IMG/VR virus record: IMGVR_UViG_3300010388_000206
Location: 1-54,565 of that record
Direction: 5' to 3' (one strand)
Source: a virus
Lineage: Duplodnaviria; Caudoviricetes
DNA: 54,565 bases
The position numbers and the translations under genes were made by a program. Positions 18,344 through 27,337 of the stretch are shown in pieces (within the stretch, counting starts at the first letter, position 1; each line of letters opens with the position of its first letter). The notes beneath the pieces were generated by a model. It searched no databases. It had not been told where the DNA came from and worked only from the letters and a program-made list of their open reading frames with translations.

Positions 18344-19108
18344 ATGTCCGGATATGACCGGATAAATTGTGAAAGTATTGAAATGACTAGATTTTCTATC
18401 TGTATCCCTACATATGAAATGTCCGGATATGGCCACATTGTTGTTAATGAATTCATGCATGAACTGAAGATGCAGACTTTTCAGGACTTCGATATCGTTA
18501 TCTCTGATCAGAGTAATGATTCCAAAATCCTAGACGTTGTTCATGAACACTCAAAGGACTTGGATATCAAGTTCATGACTGATCTTGCCAATCGTGGTAA
18601 AGCAACCGCCAATATCAATAAGGCAATGCGTTATGCTGAAGGTGAGATTATCAAGATCATGTTTCAGGATGACTTTTTTGTCAACTTTGATGCACTGAAG
18701 ATTATCAGCGATGAATTCGACAAGGGTGCAAAGTGGACAACCAATGCTTTCACTCACACCGTGGATAAGAAGCAATTCTTCAACACCAAGCCGTCATACT
18801 ATCAGGATAGCGTAATCACTGGTCGTAACTCTATCGGCAATCCATCAAACATTTCTGTTCGCCGTGATAGCCGTGTCTATATGGATACGGAACTGTATTA
18901 CATCTTTGACTGCGATTACTACTGGCAATTGAAGCATAAGAATGGTATGCCAAATGTCATTAATGATGTTCTAGTATGCTCTCGTTTGCATCCTACGTCA
19001 ATGTCACAGGACAAAGATGTTATCGGTCTATTGGCAAGAGAAACAGAATATTGTTGCAAGAAGTATAACATTAAAGCAGAGGACTATCAGTTTGACATAC
19101 ACCATTAA
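18344..19108 (+). CDS. glycosyltransferase family 2
   Basis: SICIPTYE, IVISDQS, MFQDD, GNPS; true start may be 18383. Confidence 0.9.
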   Translation: MSGYDRINCESIEMTRFSICIPTYEMSGYGHIVVNEFMHELKMQTFQDFDIVISDQSNDSKILDVVHEHSKDLDIKFMTDLANRGKATANINKAMRYAEGEIIKIMFQDDFFVNFDALKIISDEFDKGAKWTTNAFTHTVDKKQFFNTKPSYYQDSVITGRNSIGNPSNISVRRDSRVYMDTELYYIFDCDYYWQLKHKNGMPNVINDVLVCSRLHPTSMSQDKDVIGLLARETEYCCKKYNIKAEDYQFDIHH

Positions 19109-19112
19109 TTAT

Positions 19113-19835
19113 ATGCCAGTGTTCTACATTGGCAACATTCGTGACTATAACTCCTATCGTGATAAGTTTGCAAATGATCCTCTGTACTTTGCAAAGAAGC
19201 ATGTCGAGTTTCTTAAAACATGTGTAGGCACTCCAATCAAGACGGCAACTCTTGTCTATAATGTTGAAATCCCTGATGAAGTCAAACAAGCTGCTGTTGA
19301 TCTAGCAAGCACTGTAACGACAATGGATACACGAACTGTTTTCCGTCCTAACGGTGGTTTCTCTTATGGTGGCTGGAATGATGTTATCGCCCATGATATT
19401 CAGAACGGTATCAGCCATGACTATCACTTCCTAACAGAAGATGATTATCTACCAACACGCTCAAACTTCTACGAACACTTCATCAAGCGTATGGATGAAA
19501 ACTGTCCCTTCGTTTGCTGTAAGATGGCACCGCACCATGACGGCAAGATGCATCCCTATCGTCCTGATGGTATGATCCGTGAAGATGCTTGTAGGCAGGT
19601 ATATGCCAAGTATGGAGAGGTATTCACTACCAATCGTGCTCTTATGTATCCTGCTGGTTGGGATACGCAGTTGAACTACATGAACAACTATGAGGCTGAA
19701 GGGTTTGAGCTACGTGATATCGCAGACGAATTCAAGATCACTTCGATTATGAATTGTCATATCAATGACACTCGTGTACATGGGAATGAAGAAGGCGAAT
19801 CAATCATGATGCCTATCGTTCTACCGCCTATTTAA
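19113..19835 (+). CDS. putative glycosyltransferase-like protein
   Basis: RPNGGFSYGGW, FLTEDDY; last gene of the sugar cluster. Confidence 0.55.
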   Translation: MPVFYIGNIRDYNSYRDKFANDPLYFAKKHVEFLKTCVGTPIKTATLVYNVEIPDEVKQAAVDLASTVTTMDTRTVFRPNGGFSYGGWNDVIAHDIQNGISHDYHFLTEDDYLPTRSNFYEHFIKRMDENCPFVCCKMAPHHDGKMHPYRPDGMIREDACRQVYAKYGEVFTTNRALMYPAGWDTQLNYMNNYEAEGFELRDIADEFKITSIMNCHINDTRVHGNEEGESIMMPIVLPPI

Positions 19836-19846
19836 AGAGTATAATT

Positions 19847-20284
19847 ATGCCAACTCTGTTAAAATATTTTGAAAACTTTGATGATAAACAGATTTCACAA
19901 TGGGAAGAAACACTTCCAAAAAGAATGTGTTTATATTGTAAAAAAAACTTACCATCATCAGCTTTTACAAAACATTCACATTCGAGAGATAATTTAGATA
20001 CAAGATGCAAAAAATGTGTTAGAAAGAATCAGAAACTAAGAAAAAAACTTCGTTCAATAGCTCCGCCAAAACCAGAATTTTGTGAATGTTGTGGTAAAAT
20101 CCCAAAAAAATGGAACATAGATCATGATCATAAAACATTGGAAATACGTGGGTGGATATGTGATCAATGTAATGCTGGAATAGGTCAATTGGGAGATACT
20201 GTTGAAAGTATTAAAAAAGCATTGAAATATCTTGAAAGATGTAGGAAAGCATACAACATTCGAAATATATGGATGACTAAATGA
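19847..20284 (+). CDS. endonuclease VII-like HNH endonuclease (probably mobile)
   Basis: CLYC...CKKC, CECC, IDHDH...IRGWICDQCNAGIG; very AT-rich. Confidence 0.85.
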   Translation: MPTLLKYFENFDDKQISQWEETLPKRMCLYCKKNLPSSAFTKHSHSRDNLDTRCKKCVRKNQKLRKKLRSIAPPKPEFCECCGKIPKKWNIDHDHKTLEIRGWICDQCNAGIGQLGDTVESIKKALKYLERCRKAYNIRNIWMTK

Positions 20285-20838
20285 ACATTTTTTATATCGA
20301 TGAAGACCCACGTCAATGTGCTCAATGGATGGTTGATCGTCATGTAGTCAAGATGATTCTTGAGACAACGCAGCTATTGTCAACTGCCCATCGTGTTCTT
20401 GATGGTAAAGAAACAATTCTTGAAGGATGGGTTGATGAGTTTGGGATCAAGCATAAAAAGTCTAAGCACTGGATTCTTAATGATGGGCGCAACGATATAC
20501 TTTATCGTGCTACTCACATTAACCACCCTTCTGCTGTTTGGTGCCGCACTTCTGTTGAAAATTATCTCTGGCTCGTGGATCATCTATTCGCACTTGGGGA
20601 TGAGTTTCGCTACAGGTATGACAAACCTAAAGCACATGCGTCAATCATTAAGATGGGTTATGAGCTTCAGTCGCCACCCCACAACCTAAAAGAATGGGAT
20701 TGGACACCAATGCCATGTTGTATGCCAGACTGTTACAAAACCTCGGACAATCCTGTGATTTGTTATAGGAATTATTACAGAGACGCTAAGTCTGAGCTTC
20801 ATAGCTGGAAGAAGAGAGACAAGCCATATTGGATTTAA
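20281..20838 (+). CDS. denV: pyrimidine dimer DNA glycosylase/endonuclease V-like
   Basis: MNIFY, HVVKMILE..QLL.TAH, THINHP. Confidence 0.75.
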   Translation: MNIFYIDEDPRQCAQWMVDRHVVKMILETTQLLSTAHRVLDGKETILEGWVDEFGIKHKKSKHWILNDGRNDILYRATHINHPSAVWCRTSVENYLWLVDHLFALGDEFRYRYDKPKAHASIIKMGYELQSPPHNLKEWDWTPMPCCMPDCYKTSDNPVICYRNYYRDAKSELHSWKKRDKPYWI

Positions 20839-20842
20839 GATC

Positions 20843-20867
20843 AAACCCTGCTTCGGTGGGGTTTTTT
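20843..20867 (+). terminator. intrinsic terminator (cUUCGg loop)
   Basis: AAACCCTGC-TTCG-GTGGGGTTT followed by T-tract. Confidence 0.85.
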
Positions 20868-20871
20868 CTTG

Positions 20872-20879
20872 TATAAATA
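20872..20879 (+). promoter_or_regulatory. T4-type late promoter TATAAATA
   Basis: Exact consensus right after the terminator. Confidence 0.85.
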
Positions 20880-20904
20880 GTTATGTAAAACTAGGAGATT
20901 CATC

Positions 20905-21324
20905 ATGGCTAAATTTGTTAAACCAAAATTTGAAGATCAAAGCAAGAGCTTTATGGCATTAGCCAATAAATTGTTTGCCGAAATCAGCCAACAAGATATT
21001 AAAAGAAAGCTAATCGATCAGATGATCGAAGACTTGAAGAAAAGATATACTACAAACGCTGTTCAAGACCTTAAGCTGCCCCTATGGAAATCTCTTCAAG
21101 GAACCGATTCTTGGGCTGCTGAGAAGATGACAGTGATTGAAAGAAATATAAAACGACAGGAAGTGTCAAATTTTAAACAGACAATGGTCCAGTTGCTTGA
21201 AGAGCAACCAGTAGGAACTCCTGTTATTATGATGCAGCAAAATGTTGGTATGTTGATTTCGGGTGAGAATACTTTGCTGGCATGTAGACTTTTAAACATT
21301 CAACCAAAAGTAGTAATAATCTGA
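20905..21324 (+). CDS. hypothetical late protein
   Basis: AGGAG RBS after the late promoter. Confidence 0.75.
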   Translation: MAKFVKPKFEDQSKSFMALANKLFAEISQQDIKRKLIDQMIEDLKKRYTTNAVQDLKLPLWKSLQGTDSWAAEKMTVIERNIKRQEVSNFKQTMVQLLEEQPVGTPVIMMQQNVGMLISGENTLLACRLLNIQPKVVII

Positions 21325-21776
21325 TGAAAACATTTCGACAATTCGTAGACGAAGCATCAAGAACAAAAGTAACTATGTTCAATCGTGATTTGGGCTTCAA
21401 TCCTGAATTGGATGATAATGAAAATGAAATGGGCGCTGTTGTTGATCGTCAAGATAGACCAATGGAACGACCACATCCACAAGATAAAGTGAAAAAGATT
21501 CCACTGAATAAAATGTTCCGTCACGAACCAGAAGAAAAAACAGCACTTGGTACTGCTGAGCCTGAAAACGAAAGAAAGGTTCAAGGTATCATGGCAGACA
21601 TAAAAAAGAAAAAAGATATTGATCCAATTTTGGTACGTAGACAACAGGGTGGTAAATATCAAGTGATGGATGGTCATCATCGTGTCGAAGCACACTTGAG
21701 AATGGGATTGAAGCATGTCCCTGCCAGAGTAATAGATGCTAAAAACGTCAAATATGACGGCATTGAAGAAAAGTAA
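21324..21776 (+). CDS. ParB/sulfiredoxin-like domain protein with capsid-targeting-like leader
   Basis: PILV...YQVMDGHHRVEA; N-terminus MKTFRQFVDE. Confidence 0.8.
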   Translation: MKTFRQFVDEASRTKVTMFNRDLGFNPELDDNENEMGAVVDRQDRPMERPHPQDKVKKIPLNKMFRHEPEEKTALGTAEPENERKVQGIMADIKKKKDIDPILVRRQQGGKYQVMDGHHRVEAHLRMGLKHVPARVIDAKNVKYDGIEEK

Positions 21777-21786
21777 GGATTAAATA

Positions 21787-22638
21787 ATGGCACAGTGGCG
21801 AATTGATCAACAGAAAAAAGTAGAACAAAATAGCAAGACCCTATATGAATTGGGGATGATTGCCAATGCAAACGGCAATCCGATTGCTAATGCAAATCCT
21901 TTTGCTGTTATGACTAACAATGAATTTATTTTTTCAGCGCCATGGGAATTGCAAGTTGCTCGTGGTAAAATTCCCGGTGTGTCATTGCTCAATCTATATG
22001 GATATCAGGCTTCTGTAGACGGCACATTCATTCCTGTGTGGGAAAATCCAACCACATATACATATCCGTCCAATGGCGGCGAGACTATGACGCTTTATAG
22101 TTCTTCCGCATCAGATACAAACGTATCTGTTCTGATCAGTGGTTTAGATGCAAATTTTGTCATGCAATCAGAAACATTAGTTTTAACTAATGGCACTACT
22201 GGTGTCAACACAACAAAACAATATCACCGTATTAATGATATGAGAGTAGTTGGTTCTGTAAATGCTGTTGGTATTCTAAGATTGTCAAACACTGGTAAGA
22301 CAACAACATACGCTCAAATTGCAATCGGCGCTGGTAAAACACAGTGGTCAATGTACACCGTTCCAGCGGGATATACGTTCTACTTGAACCGTGTCACTGC
22401 TGTAGCATCAGCAACATCATCTGCCAAAGTATTAGGATATAGAGTATACCAACAGTCTGCAACTGGACTTATTTCTACTGTTCTTCAGTCGCCATGGATT
22501 GATACGTATGAGACTGCACGTGTTGTGCCAAATCCATACGCAGAAAAAACAAGTATTCAATGGCAAGTAACCTCTGACACAACATCACAAGTCGGTGTTC
22601 GTGTTGAAGGTGTTTTGATAGACAACAATTTATTGTAA
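21787..22638 (+). CDS. putative virion structural protein (beta-rich)
   Basis: S/T/G-rich, late module, YTVPAGYTFY motif. Confidence 0.6.
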   Translation: MAQWRIDQQKKVEQNSKTLYELGMIANANGNPIANANPFAVMTNNEFIFSAPWELQVARGKIPGVSLLNLYGYQASVDGTFIPVWENPTTYTYPSNGGETMTLYSSSASDTNVSVLISGLDANFVMQSETLVLTNGTTGVNTTKQYHRINDMRVVGSVNAVGILRLSNTGKTTTYAQIAIGAGKTQWSMYTVPAGYTFYLNRVTAVASATSSAKVLGYRVYQQSATGLISTVLQSPWIDTYETARVVPNPYAEKTSIQWQVTSDTTSQVGVRVEGVLIDNNLL

Positions 22639-22655
22639 GTCAAATACTGAAATAT

Positions 22656-22663
22656 TATAAATA
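22656..22663 (+). promoter_or_regulatory. T4-type late promoter TATAAATA
   Basis: Exact consensus. Confidence 0.85.
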
Positions 22664-22723
22664 AAGGGTGGTTAAGGCTAAGGCAAACACCCATTTAAAC
22701 AGATAAGCCCAAGGGAAACTCTG

Positions 22724-22831
22724 ATGGATAGAACAAAAGTAACACCCCACAACCAAATTTCTTCTCCCAAGCTAGATGCCGTTGTCGGAGAAATGGGTGT
22801 TTCCTTAGTCTTAATCAACGGAATTAAATAA
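22724..22831 (+). CDS. 35-aa small ORF within the structured RNA
   Basis: MDRTKVTPHNQISSPKLDAVVGEMGVSLVLINGIK after AAGGGA. Confidence 0.4.
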   Translation: MDRTKVTPHNQISSPKLDAVVGEMGVSLVLINGIK

Positions 22832-22834
22832 GAG

Positions 22835-22866
22835 GGCTTCTTGTATTCACACAAGGGGCTTTTTTT
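22835..22866 (+). terminator. intrinsic terminator
   Basis: GGCTTCTTGT-attcac-ACAAGGGGCT followed by T-tract. Confidence 0.7.
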
Positions 22867-22881
22867 GTATAAGAGGAAAAT

Positions 22882-24300
22882 ATGAGCACACCTGAAAGTA
22901 TTAAGAACCAAGCATATAGTGCCGCACGTAAACTCGTGAGAAATCGTCTCGCTGAGAATGCTGGTGCTGAATATGAAAAGCTTGGTCTGATTGAGAAGAT
23001 GCACATTGACAAAGCCGTTGATAAAAAGGTTGACAAGATCAAAGAAATTGCTTTAAAACTAATTCCAAAAATTGTCGAAAGTAAGAAGCCTTCAGATAAG
23101 AGCGGTTCAAACGAAGAACTGAATAACAGGTTTGCGTCAAAGATCAAAACTCCCGTAAAGAAAGATGAAAAGAAGAGTGGTGGTAAAAGTCCACACATTC
23201 AAATGCATAATTCTTTCGGTGAAGAAGTTGCACTTGATAGCGCAGTCTACAAGGCCATTGTCAAGAAGTCTGAAAAGTCAGGCGTAGATATCGACACTCT
23301 TGGCGAAGTATATAATCGTGGTATGAGTGTATGGTATGAAGACACAAACGTATCACAACAGCAATATGCATTTGCTCGTGTAAACTCTTTCATCAATAAG
23401 GGCAAGACATATTTCAACGAAGATAATGATCTTGCAGAAGCCACATATCAAGGCAAGAAAGTTCCTCTGAATAAGCCAATGGCTGGTGACGTTAAGAAGT
23501 CAAAGGTCTATGTTGATCCTGATGGTGATGGCAAGGCACAGAAGGTAAACTTTGGTGACAAGACACTCAGTATCAAAAAGGACAATCCTGCTCGTAAGAA
23601 GTCATATTGTGCTCGTTCTGGTGGTCAAGGAAATCTAAACGACAAGACTTCAGCTAACTACTGGTCACGTAAGGCATGGAATTGTGAAGAGGTTGATAGG
23701 ACCAAGCCAGAGAATCGTGAAGAGGGTACTGACAACCTAGTCAAGATTTACAAGAAAGATACTCCCGGTCAGAACCTAGACGAATCATTCAACATGGCAT
23801 TCGACTATCAGGGAAAGCCAACACTGGCACCTACAGCACACGAACTTATGATGAAAACCCAAGGTGGTTTTGCACATCACAATGACGTACAGGACGTTAT
23901 GAACGTCACATCAATCAAGGAACAGATTGAGAAAGCTTTCCAAGCTACTATTCTTGAAGAAGATAAGAATGAGCTAGCTATCTCTATCGACAACCTAATT
24001 GATATGGTCAATGAAGCATTTACGACTATCGCAAACATCAAGTCTTCAAACATCGAACGTGATGCATGGTCACAGGCGCAGATTCTAAAGCTTGAACGCT
24101 ATATTGAATCAGTTGCTGCCTATATTGAAAACATGGATGAAACTGTAAGAAGCGGCGAGACACATGGTGTTATCGTTCCTGCACACACAATTGTCAGTCA
24201 GAAGACAGGGCAATCAATCACTATACCTGCTAAGTCAAAGAAGGTAAAGAAGAATGATGTTGTTCTTCATCCCCATGACAATCCATTTGATGGTAAATGA
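22882..24300 (+). CDS. modular late protein, putative internal head protein
   Basis: Mosaic of short modules (YAFARVNSFI; KVNFGD...KKSYCARS...SANYWSRKAW) with acidic linkers. Confidence 0.65.
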   Translation: MSTPESIKNQAYSAARKLVRNRLAENAGAEYEKLGLIEKMHIDKAVDKKVDKIKEIALKLIPKIVESKKPSDKSGSNEELNNRFASKIKTPVKKDEKKSGGKSPHIQMHNSFGEEVALDSAVYKAIVKKSEKSGVDIDTLGEVYNRGMSVWYEDTNVSQQQYAFARVNSFINKGKTYFNEDNDLAEATYQGKKVPLNKPMAGDVKKSKVYVDPDGDGKAQKVNFGDKTLSIKKDNPARKKSYCARSGGQGNLNDKTSANYWSRKAWNCEEVDRTKPENREEGTDNLVKIYKKDTPGQNLDESFNMAFDYQGKPTLAPTAHELMMKTQGGFAHHNDVQDVMNVTSIKEQIEKAFQATILEEDKNELAISIDNLIDMVNEAFTTIANIKSSNIERDAWSQAQILKLERYIESVAAYIENMDETVRSGETHGVIVPAHTIVSQKTGQSITIPAKSKKVKKNDVVLHPHDNPFDGK

Positions 24301-24304
24301 TTTT

Positions 24305-24312
24305 AATAAATA
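24305..24312 (+). promoter_or_regulatory. late promoter variant AATAAATA
   Basis: ~30 bp upstream of dps. Confidence 0.6.
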
Positions 24313-24342
24313 ATAGATACAATTAAACCAATAAGGAATAAC

Positions 24343-24783
24343 ATGGATAAGCTAATTGAACAAATGAAGAAAGTGCTGGCTGATGTTTATGTATATGGAC
24401 TAAAAGCACAGAACTTTCATTGGAATGTTGAAGGTCCAGATTTCGTACAGTATCATGAATTTTTTGGTGAAGTGTATGAAAAGGCTTCTGCTGATGTAGA
24501 TTTGGTTGCTGAGCACATTCGTGCGCTAGATGCATATGCTCCTGCTTCATTAAAGCGTTTTCAAGAATTAGCTTCAATTGAAGACGAGACAACAATACCA
24601 AGCGCACTTGAAATGATGGCTAGACTATCTCAGGACAATGCTAAGGTTCTTGCGTCTGCTAAGACTGCTTGTGAAACCGCAGAAGAATTGAAGCAACGTG
24701 GTATTCTCAATTTCCTTGAAGGTATCATCGATGAATATGAAAAGCAAGCATGGATGCTACGTTCAATTGTAAAGAGAGTCTAA
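24343..24783 (+). CDS. dps: Dps-family ferritin-like protein
   Basis: KAQNFHWNVEGPDF..YHEFF..VY...DLVAEHIRAL, EKQAWML. Confidence 0.93.
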   Translation: MDKLIEQMKKVLADVYVYGLKAQNFHWNVEGPDFVQYHEFFGEVYEKASADVDLVAEHIRALDAYAPASLKRFQELASIEDETTIPSALEMMARLSQDNAKVLASAKTACETAEELKQRGILNFLEGIIDEYEKQAWMLRSIVKRV

Positions 24784-24784
24784 T

Positions 24785-25390
24785 ATGGCGAATTATAAAT
24801 CACTCGCATCTTTTGCAAGAAATATATTAGAGGGTACTCAATTCAAGTCGAAGGCCCATAAGGCACCTGATGGCGGTCCCGAAACAGACATGAATGATCA
24901 AATTGCTATTGGTTCGTATCAGACAAAAGCATTTGAAATGTCTAATAAGGCACAGAAGCTATATTCAAATATTTCAAAAGATGTGGATGCAAACAGTGCA
25001 GAACAAGCCGCCATACATCTTGATAAAATATTTGCATTACACAAGGACGCAACGGTAAAGGGATATACTTCACCAGAAGCGTTAAAGACAGCGCAAGATC
25101 ACTCAGATAAGGTCATGCATCTTGCAAAAAATATGAAAATGGAAAAAGAGTTTGGTGATATTGTTGGTGACTCTATTGGCTTTCTTAAAGGTAAAACTGG
25201 CGAATATCCAAGCAATGAGATTGAACCAAATAAAGAAGAACATCCTTCAGATGATCCTAGATTTAAGACCCCATCAAAAGAATTCAGTACAGATCGTAAG
25301 AATGACAGAGATATTGATAATGTAAAGAACTTTTTGATTAAGAGGTCATTAGCAGCACAACGCAAAATGAAGATCATCGACAACGATTAA
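24785..25390 (+). CDS. hypothetical late protein, possible internal head protein
   Basis: N-terminal ...RNILE leader; charged. Confidence 0.65.
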   Translation: MANYKSLASFARNILEGTQFKSKAHKAPDGGPETDMNDQIAIGSYQTKAFEMSNKAQKLYSNISKDVDANSAEQAAIHLDKIFALHKDATVKGYTSPEALKTAQDHSDKVMHLAKNMKMEKEFGDIVGDSIGFLKGKTGEYPSNEIEPNKEEHPSDDPRFKTPSKEFSTDRKNDRDIDNVKNFLIKRSLAAQRKMKIIDND

Positions 25391-25415
25391 TAAAAAAACT
25401 AGCTTGGAGAGAAAA

Positions 25416-27290
25416 ATGATTAAGAATAACAACTACCTAGACAGCCTATCAAAAAGTCTTCTAAATGACGTTCGCTCAGTTCTAGAAGGTAAGAAGGGTT
25501 GCAGCAAGGATTGCAAGTGCGAAAAGTGCGAAGAAGACGAAGCTGAAGAAAAAGGCGAAGTCAAGGAAGCCAAGAAGATGAAGGGCGAAGACCCTTGCTG
25601 GAAAGACTATAAGATGGTCGGTACCAAGAAGGGTAAGGGCGGTAAGGAAGTTCCTAACTGTGTTCCAGAAGAAGTACAAGTTAATGAAGTTAAGGTGGGT
25701 ACTCCTGAATTCGAAGCTCATATGAAAAAGCATCAGGAAGTCATGCATAAGTATGGCAACAAACTTGTCAAAACAAATGACAAGTATAAGGGTGATCCAA
25801 TTAATGGATATGTTATTGGTCATGATCCTAAGAAACAAAATCATGTTATGGTTTCAGTAGACACTACTAAAGGTATAGTTGACAAGAGAAACAGAACTAA
25901 CAAAGATTTTTCTGTACATGTTGATCATCTTAAGGAAGCTTATGATGAGACTGCTGTCAATAAGGCAATCAGTTCTTCACGTCAAAAGATTGGCGGTAGA
26001 GAAGCCAAGAAGATTCATGCTCTCCTAAAAGGTTCTACTGGATACGCTGCAAAGAAGAATGCTGAAGACACAAAGAAGACTTTTCCTAACGTAAAGCATC
26101 TTACAAAGGATGGTCATCCTGATTGGAAGAAGCATGGTATGGACGAAGAAGTTCAACTTGACGAAGAAGTAGATTTCGCCAAGGTAAGAAAGCAGTTTGA
26201 CAGAAACGAAGACAGAAATGCTCACTCAGAGAATGCTGTTCTTATTGCTAAACATGCTGGTACTGAAGCTCATCACAAAGAAGCTAAGGATATTCTCAAG
26301 CAACACAAAAAGCTTGGCCATCTTTCTGGTGATCTAAGTAATCGTCGTCAAGCACTATACAAGCAACTTGAGAAGACAGACAACTACAAGAAGATTTTCC
26401 CAGAAGAATTCAAGGAAAGTCTTGATGAAGCAAAGATGGTATATAAAAAGGTACTTGGCCAACACACTGTACATATTGATGGCAAATTCCATCGTTCATT
26501 CCCATCAGAGGGTGATGCAGTGAAGTATATTCAAAAGAATCAAAGCAATGAGCCTAAGAAAAAAACTTATTCTTATAATGAAGAAGTAGAAATTGATGAA
26601 GCAAAGGCTGAAAGTCCAATCAAAGGCACTCGTCTAATTTCTAAGCATCAGGGCAAGGACGGTCATCACGCAGAAGTTCGTCACAACTCAGAGTACAATG
26701 AATTCCAAGTGCACCACTATGAAAATGGTAAGCACATGGGCGAAGGTCCAGTATCTTATCATGATACAAAGGAAGATGCAAAAGAAACTGCTGAGTATGA
26801 AGTAAAGAACTATCGTCCTAAGGGTGGTTCTCTTCGTAAGGAAGAAACTCAGACCGTTGTTGAAAAGCTTATCGGTAATCAGCACAAGCTTGACAAGAAC
26901 AAGAATGGCAAGCTTGACAAGCAAGACTTCAAGATGATTCGCAAGGAAGAAACAATTGAAGAAAAGCTAAGTCCTTCTATGGGAAGTGCTAAGTATATCG
27001 ATGACTTTGTTAAGTCAAAAGACCCTCGTTTTGAAGGCAAGACAAAGAAAGAACGTATCAAGATGGCACTTGGCGCATACTATGGTGCTAAGAATGAGTC
27101 TGTAGAAGAGATTGAAGAAGCGAAAGATTCTTATGGCTCTAAAAGAGACTATGCAAAGCATCACATCTCAGTCAATGGAAAGTATGTTGCCACAACAACA
27201 TGGGCAAGAAATGCTAAGGAAGCTGAGAAAAGATTTTTAGAAGCTCACCCAGAGCATAAAGGTGCCAGAATTACAGTTAGTAAAGACTAA
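25416..27290 (+). CDS. modular polyprotein, putative prohead-protease-processed internal protein
   Basis: ~10 basic modules separated by acidic (V/I/L)xE linkers; DPCWKDY..VG..VPNCV module; EF-hand-like DKNKNGKLD. Confidence 0.7.
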   Translation: MIKNNNYLDSLSKSLLNDVRSVLEGKKGCSKDCKCEKCEEDEAEEKGEVKEAKKMKGEDPCWKDYKMVGTKKGKGGKEVPNCVPEEVQVNEVKVGTPEFEAHMKKHQEVMHKYGNKLVKTNDKYKGDPINGYVIGHDPKKQNHVMVSVDTTKGIVDKRNRTNKDFSVHVDHLKEAYDETAVNKAISSSRQKIGGREAKKIHALLKGSTGYAAKKNAEDTKKTFPNVKHLTKDGHPDWKKHGMDEEVQLDEEVDFAKVRKQFDRNEDRNAHSENAVLIAKHAGTEAHHKEAKDILKQHKKLGHLSGDLSNRRQALYKQLEKTDNYKKIFPEEFKESLDEAKMVYKKVLGQHTVHIDGKFHRSFPSEGDAVKYIQKNQSNEPKKKTYSYNEEVEIDEAKAESPIKGTRLISKHQGKDGHHAEVRHNSEYNEFQVHHYENGKHMGEGPVSYHDTKEDAKETAEYEVKNYRPKGGSLRKEETQTVVEKLIGNQHKLDKNKNGKLDKQDFKMIRKEETIEEKLSPSMGSAKYIDDFVKSKDPRFEGKTKKERIKMALGAYYGAKNESVEEIEEAKDSYGSKRDYAKHHISVNGKYVATTTWARNAKEAEKRFLEAHPEHKGARITVSKD

Positions 27291-27296
27291 TGATTG

Positions 27297-27304
27297 TATA
27301 AATA
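27297..27304 (+). promoter_or_regulatory. T4-type late promoter TATAAATA
   Basis: Exact consensus. Confidence 0.85.
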
Positions 27305-27337
27305 TTACAAGAACAATTTCTAATCGGAGAAGAAAAA

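Larger units (their letters stand above)
22665..22866 (+). ncRNA. putative structured small RNA / leader with long-range helix
   Basis: 22670-22696 pairs with 22791-22816 (26 bp, 2 G-U, 1 bulge); bounded by a late promoter and a terminator. Confidence 0.6.

Noticed and set aside
22665-22730. c-di-GMP-I riboswitch (GGCAAAC...AAGCC), hammerhead (CTGATG, GAAA) or pistol ribozyme
   Set aside because: Only fragments match; the required stems, GNRA loop/receptor and core order could not be built, so it is left as an unassigned RNA
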